Origin: Podarcis filfolensis
Lineage: Eukaryota
Assembly: GCA_964270895.1 (NCBI GenBank)
Contig: OZ185441.1
Length of the DNA: 64,000 bases
Strand: one strand, 5' to 3'
The position numbers were made by a program, and so were the translations under genes. Shown piece by piece: positions 1 to 13,800 of this stretch. The notes under the pieces were generated by a model. That model was not told the origin of the DNA. It saw only the letters and a program-made list of their open reading frames with translations, and did not search any database. The number at the start of each line of letters is the position of its first letter. Position 1 is the first letter of the stretch.

Positions 1-2699
1 AATAAAATGCCAATAATAATTCCTTTATAGATACAGAATCTGAGCATTATTGTCCCATTATACTGCTTTCATTAAATATATTTCAAGTCTCTAATAATTC
101 TTTTCCTTGTTTGCCAGATAAACTAAATCAATTCAATTTCATTTATAGTTTTGGATACACAAGAGTATTATTTATACAAAATGATAATGTGGAGCTATAT
201 GAGAATCATTAATTCAGGGAATCAGGAAATACTCTGCTTTTTAAAATTAGATTTCACTATTGCCTTCAAATAAAAAAGAAAGAATAGATTTAAATGTAAA
301 CTAAGCAAAAGTATAATCTTTCCCACAAAACCTTCTTCCAAATCTTTTCAAATGGCAATAGAAAAATGTACAGTGTTTTAATAGCTCTTACGCATTGAAA
401 ATGTAACATGTTTATTTAGTAATGTTGAAAGAATTTTGAAATGGCAGACAGAGGGGGCACAGGGTTATTTATAATCCCTTTGCAATTCTGCGAGAATATA
501 TGAATATGTTTCTTTTTAAACAAAGGATCATAAATATATAAATAAAATGAGCTATTTAATAGCTTCCCTCTTTCAATGATATGAAATTCACTAATGTAGG
601 TTGGTTCTTTTACCATGTTCTCTTTTCTTTCTTTTTTGCTGACATAATATTCCGGATTATAATGGTAATTATTGCTATTTAAAGTTTACGTATATTCCGA
701 CGTATTCTTGTAAACTGTGCAATTATGGTTTGGATGTAAAAGGAAAAATAAAAAGAATAAAAAACTATATATTTATTCTGTGAAACTGCACTCAGGGATA
801 AGTTCCTTGTTTGTATTCACACCATCGAACATACATTCTAAACTACACTGTTCCTTTGCCAATTACACCCACACATCTGCAGACCTCCCCACTGATGCCA
901 GTTTCTGCTTTAGTTAGTAATATATATTAGATGTGTTGGAGATTTCTTGTTAGAGCAGAATGCAACCAAAACATTTTTTTTTAAACTATGATTACAAATA
1001 AAATGCTATCTAGTAGAAGAAGCAGGATATGAAGGGTTTTAAAAAACGATAGGTAAAAATTCAGTACTGGGTTCAGATGTATAATATACATTTGAATCCT
1101 GATTGAGATTTCTAGCAGTTACAAAAACCTTCCATGTATTTTTGAATAATTTGCTGCTTAAAAACTTTCCTGGACCTCCCAACCACGAAGCAAGCAGGAA
1201 CAAGGCAGGAATTTATTGCTGTTAAAATCACTACCACCACCCTCCCAAGAACTCTCAATACATATTACTTAATTAATTATTCAAATAGAGGTTAACAAAC
1301 AATCTAACTTTATTCTGTAGTTATCAGCAATGAAATTGGTCTATAAAAGGAAAGTCTTATTCATACACATGAAAGAAGGATGCTGAAGTTTATCGCCCAT
1401 CGATTATAGTCTCAACTACATAGGGTTCACTAAACCAAGAATGTCTTCAGCCCTTCCACCCATCAGTTATAGAATATAAATTGTAGCAATGTTTTTACAA
1501 ACCATACTGAGGTTTGTTTCTGGCTTGGTGAAGCACATAATGAATCTCTGTCAGGGAAACTAAAACTTAATATAAAGCAAAAGCTTTCTTGGAAGAAGTG
1601 CTGATGAGTTCATAGATAAATTCCTCCTTTTAAAAAATAAAAGTTTTTAGTAACAGCAAACACAATACTTGCAGTACAAGCAAGCAAAACTTCACAGATG
1701 GCAAGTTGCTTGCCATCTCTCTCATAATTTAAGCATTTGGGGCCATCCACTTATGCTGAATGTTGGAAGATTCAGGACAGGCAAAAGAAAATACACTTTT
1801 ATACAGAGCATATTTAAACAAACAGCAGCATTCACACCCACCCAAAATAGTGATGACCATCAACTTGGATGTGGTTGGTCAAGGGAGCAGTGGACTCAAA
1901 AAGGTTGAAAACCTCTGGATTAGACAAATGCATGGAGAAAGCTATCAACAGCTACAACCCACAATGACGATATTTTTCCTCCACTATTGGAGTCAGTATC
2001 CCCATGAATCCCAGTTGCTGGGAATCAGAAGTGAGCAGTGCTGCTTTCATTATACAACACCAACCAAAACACAATGGTGATTTCAAAGTCCTCTAACACT
2101 AGTTGGTCTTCAGCTAGTGGGTCAGGTCCTACAACCAGGATGTGGTCCAATCTATTATGGGTCACAACAGCAGCACTACCACCATACGAATATACGGTAA
2201 AGAAAAAATAAGAAATGGGTCATGGGTCTGAGAAAGCTGAAGACTACTCACAACAAAGGCTTCTTCTTGATTCAGGTCCTACAAGAACTATGGTCTGAAA
2301 TTTGGCAAAAGATGCACAAATTTGGTAGCCCAGGTGGACACCAAAACAACTATTTATTCAGAAAAAAATTGCAAGCATATTAAAAGCACACTATATCATC
2401 TACTTACTGTTGCTCAAGTTCTGCATAGCAGGGATGGGAAACCTGTGGCTCTGCAGTGGTTGTGGGACTCCAGCTTCTATCAACTCCAGCCAGCATGGCC
2501 CATGGTCAGAGATGATGAAAGCTGTGGTCTCACTGGTACTGGTTGGCCAGTTGGGGACTCGTAAGATGGAATGGTAGGTTTAGCTGCACAGATTCCATGT
2601 GTCCATTCCAGGAAACAGGAAAATCTGGGACTTCTATCTACCACTCTGCCTCTGCCAGCCATCCAATTCCATCTGTTGAAGCAGAAACTAACCACAGTA

Positions 2700-2933
2700 C
2701 AGTGGTACCTCGGGTTACAGACGCTTCAGGTTATGGACGCTTCAGGTTACAGACTCCACTAACCCAGAAATAGTACCTCGGGTTAAGATCTTTGCTTCAG
2801 GATGAGAACAGAAATTGCGTGGCAGCAGCAGCGGGAGACCCCATTAGCTAAAGTGGTACCTCAGGTTAAGAACAGTTTCAGGTTAAGAACAGACCTCCAG
2901 AACGTATTAAGTTCTTAACCCAAGGTACCACTG
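2700..2933. mobile_element. Tc1/mariner-type MITE
   Basis: TIR CAGTGGTACCT...GGTACCACTG flanked by TA at both ends. Confidence 0.9.
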
Positions 2934-3001
2934 TATAGGATACCCCAAACCATAGCAACATTGCCTAAATAACTAATCTGTCAAGGGTGTGGCCCTTAAT
3001 A

Positions 3002-3124
3002 TAAGGTTACCAGACGTCCCTGTTTCCTGGGGACAGTCCCCGGATTTACAAATCAGTCCCCATACAAAATCCATTGAAGTTGAAAAGTGTTCCCGGATTC
3101 ATTGAAAAAAATCTGGCAACCTTA
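3002..3124. mobile_element. hAT-type MITE
   Basis: TIR TAAGGTTACCAGA / TCTGGCAACCTTA; 8-bp TSD CCTTAATA at 2994-3001 and 3125-3132. Confidence 0.88.
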
Positions 3125-5984
3125 CCTTAATAGCTTGAATTAGCATTTTGGAGCTTGAGTAAACAGGAAAAGCCCTCAACACAACATGTTAAAACCTAAT
3201 TGAATTATCTATTTAAGTTCTCTGAATTTAAGAAGTTGTGCAGGAAATAAAGGAGTGTGGCAGCAGCATTTCCAGGGTAATCAAGATCTGCGCTATATAT
3301 TTAATGCACATTTAAAACACGTGTCTCCCTTCAAATAATCCTCACAGAGCTATAATTCCCAGCACCCTTAGCAAATCTCAATTCCTAGGATTATTTGGGG
3401 GAAGCCATGTGTTTTAAATATGCTTTGAATGCATGGTGTGGCTATAACTACCATCTTGTCTACAAGCTGCAGTTGATCTACTGGTTGCCAGCCGAGTTCT
3501 TAGGATTCTTCAAATCCTAAATTTCTTACTGTGTAACTGACAAGCATTTGTCAAACATGCTTTGAGAGGCTGAAGGATTTGGATTATTTCTCTCCGTATG
3601 ATTCATGTCATCAAAATGCTGGATTTTGGTTTGGGTAAAGTAGCTCCATTGTGTAGCTCTGTAACTGTAAGGCAAGAATTAGCAGTAGGGTCTGTTTCTT
3701 CCCTGTTCCCATGTGAGTCATTTGCTAACATGGCATCTTAGACTGGCCTGAGGCATTTTGGAAGTGGAGAGCAAACAAAATGGGTTTTAATGCACTTGTA
3801 AGAGGGCACTTCAGTTTAAAACTTTTTTTCTCCCCCCCTTTGTCTTTTAGCTATTAGGTGGCTAAATGGGAACTCCTGTGGGCTTTTGTCTGCAAACCAT
3901 ATGAGAGCATAAAAGCTTGGAAAACTTGGAGGAATTTTGAAGCGGGTTCACACTGCTTCATTGAAAGCGTGGGTGGTTTTGAAGTTCAAATGGCTCTCGT
4001 CACCAGGAGCTAAAAACGGGGGGGGGGGGGGTAGCCAATTTGAAACAACAACAAAGGCAGCTTTAAAAGCCTAATAATGCATTGTGGTGAAAATATATGA
4101 AATTGAAGCCTGACACATGAAATTTCTCCAAAAGTTCTGTACGGAATCAATAGTGAAAAAGAGGTGGATTTGCTATTTTTTATTGAGTCCCAAAGGTATG
4201 CTGGATCCTAGTTTGCCTGCATCTGTGTTTTTCCAATCATATCGGGCTAATATATTTCACAATACCCTTCAGAAAAAGGAGGAAAACCACCGGGGGGGGG
4301 GGGGGGAAATAGCATGAATTTTAATTCACATCAAGTGGTGCCAAGCCAAGAAATGATGCCTCGCTGGTCTTAGAAACCTTCACAGACTTTACAATGAGAC
4401 GTCAATTTTTGCCTTTGAGAAAGCTAATGCACAGTGCCCACCAGGACCAGCTCTACAACATTCCGGCTGCCAATCATTACAATAACCAAAGAGAGCTGTG
4501 TGTGAAATCCTGCCATTGATTTTTACATTAATCGCTGGCACACTCTGCTCTTGTGTTTCGCTCTGATGACTGCAGCCCTAATGGGCAGAGGTGGTAAGAA
4601 TGAAAAGGTGCTGATCTGCAGAGGTCAGCCAGAACGGAGGACTTAGGTTATACTGCTTGTGAATCCAGGGCCTGAGAAGTATGAAACCACCTATGAAATT
4701 ATGAACCAGATTACAAGTAAATCGTATCCTCCACCGCCACTCAAGGGAAATTCCTTGAATGCCTCAAATACAATGTAGTACACTTGGGCTAATGTGATCC
4801 AATGCATTTAGCTCAGAAACAAGGCTTCCACCCACCACCTTAATGTCCCTCATCGTCTTGGTTTAGATATGCCACTGGGGTTAACTGCCTCGCCATCCCC
4901 CACCTTCAGGAGGATGCAGCACTGTCTTGTGTTGACAGGCTCCAACAGAAGAGGAAAAAACAGAGGCGAGAAGCTAAACAGGAGGCAGCAGTGACTGAAC
5001 AGCAGCCTGCACAGGAGGGTGCATTATTATAATATAGAACCAGGTGCCGCCTTAACAGATGGATCCGGACCCACCTGCCCAGACAGCACACATTTGCAAT
5101 CACGATCATCGCACAAGGTGCAAGAATCCCACGCAGGGCTGGCCCAATACATTTTGGCACTTGAAGCAAACCACAAAATGGTGCCTCCCGCCTCCCTCCG
5201 CTGGGGCCAGGGAAACTTTACATCAGAAACAAGGGGGTGGGGAAGACCAACAGCACCTTCTATTTGCCAAGAGGCCACTGTAGAAATGGCACAGGGGTAG
5301 GGCCTGCCAAGGAGACACCACCACAGCTATTGCTGCCACCATTCCTGTGAAGCCCAATCTGCTGCCCTTGCGTGACGGTGGAGGGTCCTATTTACTTGGA
5401 ATCTGGTTCATAATTTCATAGGTAGTTTCATACCTCTCAAGCCCTGGTTGCCTCAGCTTGCCTCATGGGTGGGTCGGTCCTGGTACCACAATTGACTGCA
5501 CCACACCTCATCTTTAAAAACTCCCGAGTACCGAGTCTGTTGCCAAGCCTTTACCATTAATAGCCTGTGCAAATAGATTTGTCTAAGGTTACACAAGAAC
5601 TAACAGTTTCTGTTAGTTATGTGTGGCTCCATCTTACAGCTGTCTGGTATGCATAGTTGCACTTTAAGCATTTTCCCAACAACCTGTGAGCCACTTACCT
5701 GTATGCTTATCCCACAATACGGGGGGGGGGGGGCAGGCCTGAAGAGCCCAACCACGTGGGAAATTCTGATTAAATGGGTCTGTTATTAATATAGAGTGTC
5801 AACTGCATCAGCATTTGCAATGTATACCATGCACATTTGACTGACAGGCTAAAACAGGTGAGATGTGTCTTCAATCCTTGGTGAGTTAGGGACTTCCCCT
5901 GCTTGTGAAGCTCTGGCAGATTCAGATGTGGCCAATAGTGGGTCAAATGGTCAAGAAAGCAGTTTCTGCATGTGCTGTAGAGGG

Positions 5985-6367
5985 AAGTGAGGGGCGAGTG
6001 GGGCCTGTCAACCTGGGAAGATAGCCCAACTATGAGAAGGAAAACTCTGATCTTAAACCTCCACTGCCTTGCAGAATATCATCGAGAGAAGAAAAGGCTA
6101 AGGAGTAAACCTACACAAATCCAGAGAGAAGTCCCTAAGATGGTTGGATGGCACCTTGTACACCTCCTTCTGGCAACTCCTGCAGCTAAGCTGGTTTCCT
6201 TTGGACCGCATCAGTGAGGCTGAGAGGGGGCACTTGTTGTCTGGGCAGCCCAGAATCTCCATATACACCGCCCAGGCTTACGCCCAACACTTAGGTGTTG
6301 CTATCGCAGTAGTTTGACTTCACCCCCAGAGGTGAACTCCATTGTCTCGAGACAAGTGGATGCCAAC
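5985..6367 (+). mobile_element. Interspersed lizard repeat, probably non-LTR-derived, family uncertain
   Basis: Recalled as a recurrent lacertid repeat (GAAGGAAAACTCTGATCTTAAACCTCC...GGATGCCAACAA); not verified. Confidence 0.45.
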
Positions 6368-8231
6368 AATGGTTACACCCACAGCATACGTTTTGACATA
6401 CACACACCCCAAATCCTGCTAACTGTATTTTGTTAAGGGTACTGAAAATTGTAAACTACAGTTCCCAATATTATTTGGGGGGAGCCATGTGCTTTAAATG
6501 TGTGCTAACTGTGCTTTAAATGTACAGTGTGAATGTGACTTTCAACCACCAGTTGTGTGTGATTCACTTATGTGTAAGTTGCTCTGACATGACTGAAAGT
6601 AGTGTTTAAAGAAAACAAGAGGATACCTGGAAGGGAGTGCGGAAAGTATCCACTGCTGCTAAACTCCCTAGAATAGAGAAAGTATAGCATCTGATTGTTT
6701 TATTAGTACTGGCAAAAGAAAATGGTTTGAGTTCATCTGCATTATGCATTGCAATGCCTTTCCAGTTCAGTTCGTGGGAATTTTCAACAGAAAAGTCTGC
6801 ATCGGTTGTTCCTTCATCCAATACCAGGAATCCAAAGGTAGTGAACTAAATCCTTTATCAAACTGCATACAAGCAAATGGAATATTTCCTTCTGGTAAAT
6901 GGAGTGACAGGTGATTAGCTGCTAAACTACAAAGGAAAACTTGATAGGCTCTGCACAGTGACAAGGCCTTAATAATTCCATTCTGTGTATGCAGTGTGCC
7001 TAACCCCACAAGGCATCCTGTTTGGTTAGAGGAAACAGTGCTGAGAATTTGACCCAACTGAATTTGCTACTAGATATTTCTCACTGCAGAGCCATTTAAG
7101 GCTTGAATGGATTTTCCAAGGAAACTTTTGTGAAAACGTATTTTTGCGACTCCATTTAGCACAAATATTCCTTGTGGGCTTATAAAACTGTTCCTAACAT
7201 TTCCTGGCAGTAGATTTTAAATGTTCTGAAAAGAATTGTATTTCACTTTGAATGGGTTATCTGGCACTCGCAACACAAAATAAGCATTTGAATATTTATT
7301 GCAAGTATGCAGCATTTTGCAGAGAACACCCAAAGATCTCCACAATTATCTTGTTCCAGCTGTAATATATTAGCAGTAACCTCCTGAACAGACCTTTTGA
7401 TAAAACAGTTTCTTTAACTTTTCCCCCCCTCCTGAACGCAATTTACTCCCTCATTCACAGCTCTTTGTAGCCATCTAATCTCTCTGTTTATGTCTCTGAC
7501 ACAGCCACAATACTCCATGACTGACATACCTGACAGCTCTGACTAGTGACAGAATGCTCACAATGAAACAGAACTCTATGCAGGATGAGTTTTACCTACC
7601 GCTAGTCTGGTGGAAATTGGAAATGAAGGTAAGAAAAGAAAGGGACTAGTTTAACCCCCTGCTGTTTTTTCTGCATTGGAGAGGACTATTTTATTATAAT
7701 TACTTACCTAATGAACCAATTGTTTATTGAAGACACAGTGCGCTCCTTAGCATTTCAATTTGGATTTTTTAAAAAACGAGCACAATAAAGTTTGAAGACT
7801 TGTTTCAAAAGCATATTCTGAGGCACAATTTTCTCCTTTCTTTGGCTTTCCAGCCACCTTACAGTTTTTGCCAGATGGAGCTCAGGTTTACACAGGTGGC
7901 AAAGAACCTTTCCAGAACTGATTGAGGAGAGGGCCAACTTCAGGCTTAATAATTATACTTTGTTTTTGACTTGAACCTTGCGACCCACCAACCAGAGCCA
8001 GACACAGAATGATGGCACTGTGACAGCGGGGTGGGGGGATGGACTTCTGTACACTTAGAATTAAGAACCATCTTTGATGCTTCCACCAGGAATTTGTTTT
8101 TAGGAACAGAACGGATCTCTTAGTCACTGCCTACATAAAGAAACACTTAATTTTCCTCCAAGCTTTCTTTGTTTCAGCAGCCTAATCTTTTTTCTTTCGT
8201 TTTTGAGGACGTGTCTTTTTTATTGATGCTA

Positions 8232-8474
8232 CAGTGGTACCTCGGGTTAAGTACTTAAATCGTTCCGGAGATCCGTTCTTAACCTGAAACTGTTCTTAAC
8301 CTGAAGCACCACTTTAGCTAATGGGGCCTCCTGCTGCCGCTGCACCGCCACTGCACGATTTCTGTTCTCATCCTGAAGCAAATTTCTTAACCCGAGGTAA
8401 TATTTCTGGGTTAGCGGAGTTTGTAATCTGAAGCGTCTGTAACCTGAAGCGTATGTAACCCCGAGGTACCACTG
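8232..8474. mobile_element. Tc1/mariner-type MITE, same family as 2700-2933, opposite orientation
   Basis: TIR CAGTGGTACCTCGG, TA TSD, internal sequence is the reverse complement of the 2700 copy. Confidence 0.9.
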
Positions 8475-9994
8475 TACTGAAAACCACTCCAATATCTACC
8501 AGGATATCCTGATTTATCTTCTGCCCATCCCTGGATTGGGACATCGGAAAACAGCACAGGTCTGTAACCTGAAGGAAAGCCACTAATAGCCATCCAGTTC
8601 CATCCGCAACAGTAATTAAAACAGGCTCCCATCCAGATGAAAAGCAAAAAGAGCCCAGTATTCTGACCACTGTTTTAGCTGTGAATCTCTGGAACACAAA
8701 CAACTCAGGTCCCTAAAAGTGTTACATATATACATTCATACCAAGACATATTCAAAATACTATGAAAGTATTTTGCAGACAATAAGCTATGTGGCACATT
8801 TTGTGTGTGTGTGTGTTTTATATAATAAAGCAGAGTCTGACAGTCAATTCTAACCTAACCATTTCTAGCCTTCATAAAGCACAGAATTGCTCCAGCCTTT
8901 TATGCAAGCTATGCTGAGGGGTCTTCAACTGTCTACCTCCATAACCACTTGCATGGGCTGAAAATGACTGAAGCCCCACCAACCACAAAATAGTGGTGCA
9001 GGAGTGGAACAAGTAACAAAATGGGAGTGGATGGAGGTGGAGTTTAGCAAAACAACTTGGCAATGGGTGACTTTATTCTCTCTTATCAAGTCCTTCTTTT
9101 GGCCCAGTGATTTCCTTGTCACATGTAAATTTGTGAACAGTTCCATACTGCTTCTTTATTATGAGCTGCATTGAGGTTATTGCTTTTAAGCATTTGTGTT
9201 GCATGGTTGCTACGTTATTATCCCGCACACCACTTGGTGGCCTTCTGGTGTAGGGTGGTCTATACAGTTCTTCATCTGATCTGTTCATCCCATAGCCTAA
9301 ACCCAGCTGCTGTGCGCTAATGGGTGAATAAAGGAACATTTATTTAGAACGAAATGGCGGCAGCAGAGATGAAAGGAACAGAAAAAGCAGATACCTTCAA
9401 CATGTAAGGGTCAGAGACAACCAAAGGGCCCCACTAACAAAAGCTTCTGCAAGGGAGCTGTGCCTGTGTGTGTTTGCAAACGCACATAATTGAACGTACT
9501 TACAAGTCTCCTCACAGTCAACATTCCTTCATAACACAGGGTTTCTGATCTCTTCCTCCTTCTTGTTCAGTGAATGAGAATTGGAAGTGTTGTGAGCATA
9601 CATGCACCCATCTCCTCTTTCCCAGTTTAGGTCCTCATGCATTTTTCTGAATGCCTTAATAGGCCTAGTGACAACACTGTCATCATTTCCTGGTTTGCTT
9701 GTCATAGTTGCTTGGAGCAGTTTCAGCTGTATTGCCTGATAGTGGGAACAGAATGCTCAGAGAAGTGTAAATTACTGCACTTTTGACCCCTATGCAAACA
9801 CTACTAGCAAAAACTAGCTCGAGAATATGGCCCTGGACCTGAGCGCTATTATAAATAAATAGCTTGCTACAATGTGATTACTTTCTGTTGCTCTGAAGGA
9901 GGTGTTATAGCTGAAAGCATTCATGGGATCTTGAAAAATTGTTCATTTCAAGCATGCAGTTATTGGCCAAATTAACGAGAGGTTGCTTACCATT

Positions 9995-10105
9995 CATAGA
10001 ATCATAGAGTTGGCAGGGACCCCGAGGGTTATCTAGTCCAACCCTCTGCAATGCGGGAATCCTAACTAAATCATCCATGACAGATGACCATCTAACCTCT
10101 GTTTA
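9995..10105 (-). mobile_element. CR1-type LINE 3' end fragment
   Basis: CATAGAATCATAGAGTTGG is the reverse complement of the CR1 terminal (ATTCTATG)-type repeat. Confidence 0.75.
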
Positions 10106-10252
10106 TGAGTTGTATTTCTTAGTTCAATTCCCATTAGGCTGAAGTCACAGCGTGTTTCCTGAACTCAGTAGGCAAACCAGAAACTATACCTCAGTAGTTT
10201 TTGAGCTCTAAGCAGCTTTAAACAATATTCATCATAACAAACCTAGTGCAAA

Positions 10253-10563
10253 TTTATTAAAACACACCAGGATTCACTTCTGAGCTACGCAATAGAGGAA
10301 GGGATTTGCAGAAACTTGTAACTCTTTTTCTACTGGAATATAGAGCTGGATAGAAACAGGTAAGCCACACGATGTTTAGTGATAGGTGCTGTAAAGCGGA
10401 CAAGAATTCAGTGGAAAACTTTATTTTTTTAAAAAAAAACATGTTTAAAAACACAGTGTCATTTGTAAAGTCATAATCAATACAAAAATAAGACACAGTG
10501 CTGCTTTCAACAGCCAAAGTGCAGTAGTGTAAGTTGCATGATAACATACAAAATTACTTTATT
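10253..10563 (-). terminator. CEP192: CEP192 3' UTR poly(A) signal cluster
   Basis: Minus-strand AATAAA at 10558-10563, 10420-10425 and 10253-10258, 120-430 nt past the stop; the site actually used is unknown. Confidence 0.65.
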
Positions 10564-10685
10564 TAAATTTACAAGCACCTCCATTTCCTACAAAATAGTC
10601 TGTCTACAACAACAAAAAAGAACCTGTCATTCAATAATTTAGTTGTGAATTCATCGCGTACTGAAAACAGTAGCTCTTTAAACTA

Positions 10686-10821
10686 CTATTCTGCCAAACC
10701 CACACCAATGAGCTGAATGGTAAGAGTGCCACTTTTGTCTGTCTCTACCATCAATAAGCCTTTGAAAGTGCCTGCTGATACTGGCTTGAACTGTACTGGT
10801 AAGTTGCAGTAGTGGTGACAT
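10686..10821 (-). CDS. CEP192: CEP192 coding exon 46 (terminal, to stop)
   Basis: CHHYCNLPVQFKPVSAGTFKGLLMVETDKSGTLTIQLIGVGLAE followed by TAG TAG. Confidence 0.96.
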
Positions 10822-13800
10822 CTGCAAGAGACAAGTTTACAATAGTTAGACAATTCCTTAACAGGCTGCTTCAGTTTGAGATTTCAAGAGAAAAGTACTG
10901 TAGCTCTTTACCATCTTTTTAGGAGCTCTGTAGGTCTGCAAGAGCCAGCAGAAAGTTCACTTGCTAACTGGCCAGAATACTGCAGTCAGTGGCATAATAT
11001 TGTGTGTGGAGTTCAAACTGGTTTATCAATCATTATGGATTATTAACTGTTATCAGTAATTACATTTCTATCCCACTTACCTCCCAAAGGAGGCCAGGGC
11101 AACAAATAACAAAGCAGCAAAACAATACAACTAAAATAAACAATATTTAAGTATTTACAAACTTTTTGAATATGTAAGAACATTTAAAAGTCTCTTTGTG
11201 CCTTTGATCTTTGACATCAGCATAACCAAGAAACTTAAGCCATTCTAGAAAATGTGTGTACAGGACATAACTCAGGCATTTACTTTGAGTTTCTCCAGTG
11301 CCACAACCACATGGGCTATGCAGGGGTATCAAGACAAATGTTCTAGAGCAGCCTTTCTCAACGTGTGGGTCCCCAGATGTTGTTGAACTACAACTCCCAT
11401 CACCCCTAGCTAGCAAGGCCAGAGCTCAGGGATAATGGGAGTTGTAGTCCAACAACATCTGGGGACCCACAGGCTGAGAACTGCTGTTCTAGAGACAGTC
11501 AACATGGTGCTCCCCAGATGTTGTTTAATGACAACTCCCATTCACACCAGCATGGCCAATACTCATCCTCCTAATCCAGGTAAAAGTTGAAGCTTTAGAA
11601 CATTTGAGTTCACTTACCTCAAAGTATAATGGGAATGTTTGATGTAAAAAGGCTCTCTGGGACATCTGAACTTCAGCTGAAATTTAACAAGAAATGGTTA
11701 AGATAATTCAGGTTACTATATTCATTAACAACTAAGCACATAGTTCCCCAGAGTTCAGCAATAAGATAAAAGATATACTGGGATGAAGGTTTAGCAAAAA
11801 GGTCTGCATCCAAAACAGTTAAGCTTGCTTAAACCCACTCCCAACTTTGTTGGATTTAGACCAGAAAAGGTTTGTAGTGTTTAAGCTTTTAATATTTGTT
11901 CAACAATCAATCCACAGCACAAGTTCCAAGATTGGGATTTACATTCAATATAGTGTACAATTTTAAAATGAAAGTTAATTGGTGTTCAGCTGAAAATGAG
12001 ATGAATGTTGGGAAGTGAATGACCAGAAAACAAACATTGGTAGAAAGAAATTTAGCCCGAGACCTACTATCAGGAATTAGATGCTAAGGAGTAAGAGTTA
12101 TTATATAAACACATCTTGAAATAATACTATTAATTCTATATATACCTTGTTTGAAAAGGAAGAATAATTCCTCACAGTAATTTTCAGTGTACTGGATTCA
12201 CCAATTCTAGTTGGAGGGAATTTATAAATGTCTTCCTGGGCATGTACCCCCTTCCTGTTTTTGAAAGAGAAAGGTAAAAGTACAGTCGAACAATCATGTA
12301 TATTATTATATCTGTGTTAGTAATATTCTTGTAGTGTATTTCTTTGAAAGCAAAGAATCAACATTTGGCACATTGTTGGAACCGCAACTGGATAGTATCT
12401 TTCCTAGAATCCCACCAAACCCACTTTACTGTTTAGTTTTAGGAATCCTATGAAAATGCATTTTGCAAACATTCTGTAATATTGTTGGGTGTGGGGTCTT
12501 TGATAACCCATTGTTGCTAAAATTTTTGGTCTGAAGCTATTCACTGTAAAAATAAGCGAACCATCTGCTAGCCATCTAAGCCAGCTGGAGTTCCTTGGAA
12601 GAGGGTGGGATAAAAAGGAAATAAAATGGATTTCACTTCAGCATAGGAAAGAATATCACTCCTTTGAAGCTGAATCACCTTATGTCACGTAAGCAACAAT
12701 GATCAAGTTTTACTTTGTTGATGATGAAAGAGTAGACATATGGCTTATAAAAAAAATCATTTTCACATACCACATTTTGTGTTCAGAGCTATTAGGGTAA
12801 TCTCTTCTTAGGGTCACATCTCGAACGCTGACTTTTACTAAAGCAGCTGTAGAATCTTCATTTTTAAAATCTTCATTACCTAAGATACCCTGATGCAAGA
12901 AACACCTGAAGTTATACATTAATATTAGCTCCCTGAACATCTTTACATGGATGTGAAAAATTAAATCCATTACTTTGAGAGGGACTACTTTTGTTGTCAA
13001 AAACAATTCTAGTGTTGAGGCAGATACACTACTAAGTGAAGATTTCACTTACTACATATGTCACTTGTAGGCTGACAATATTACAAAACTCTTCAGGCCA
13101 TTGTACTCAGTAGGAAAAATGTACCACTGAAGAATCAGGAGTGCAGAAGCAGGTTCAAAGTAGCACAGTTCAGCACTTATTATTGTTATCTTGTTGTTTT
13201 TCCTTCTCTGTCTGACTTGTAAGGGAGGACTTGCTCAAACAGAATGGAAGTAGCAGAATAAAGAACAGGAACCTGTGACCATTCGCTAACTAGGCAGAAG
13301 CAAGACTGACTTTTAGGAGGTATTTTCTAACTTAACATCTAGCTGAATCATCTAATGCAGAGGGGGAGAAAGCTGACATCCTCCAGATGTTACATTTCAA
13401 CTATCATCAACTACTAGATGGGGATGAGGTAATCCAACAACATTTGAAGGACCACAGATTCTCCAATCCTGTTCTTGGACCTGCCCATAAAAAGCAAGTC
13501 TAGAGTGAGAGACTAGGGTGTTGTCCACTGTTTCAAGGAACTCTTCTCGTGAGAGTTTTGCGGGTAAACAGAGTTTGTTTAGACCCTGGGTGAGAACCCA
13601 AAAGCTAAGGGGAGGGTGTGTCAGAAGGAAAATGTGCATAGATAGATAGCTAGACAGAATAGATAAAACTTTATTTTAATGTAACATTTTAATATGTATT
13701 TTTGCAATATTTGCTTAAGATGTCTGTTGTTACTTCTTTTTTGTCTACCGCTTAGATATATTTTTAATATATTAAGTGATACAGAAATTAAATAATCAAT

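Noticed and set aside
1-770. AT-rich region with faint L1-like peptide hints (FIWQTRKRI) and the 416-616 ORF
   Set aside because: Too degenerate to assign; no continuous frame or clear terminus.
2712-2750. Short repeated GACGCTTCAGGTTA units that look array-like
   Set aside because: Internal subterminal repeats of a MITE; no spacer structure and a eukaryotic context, so not CRISPR.
9073-9339. 88-aa minus-strand ORF downstream of CEP192
   Set aside because: No recognisable homology or splice context.
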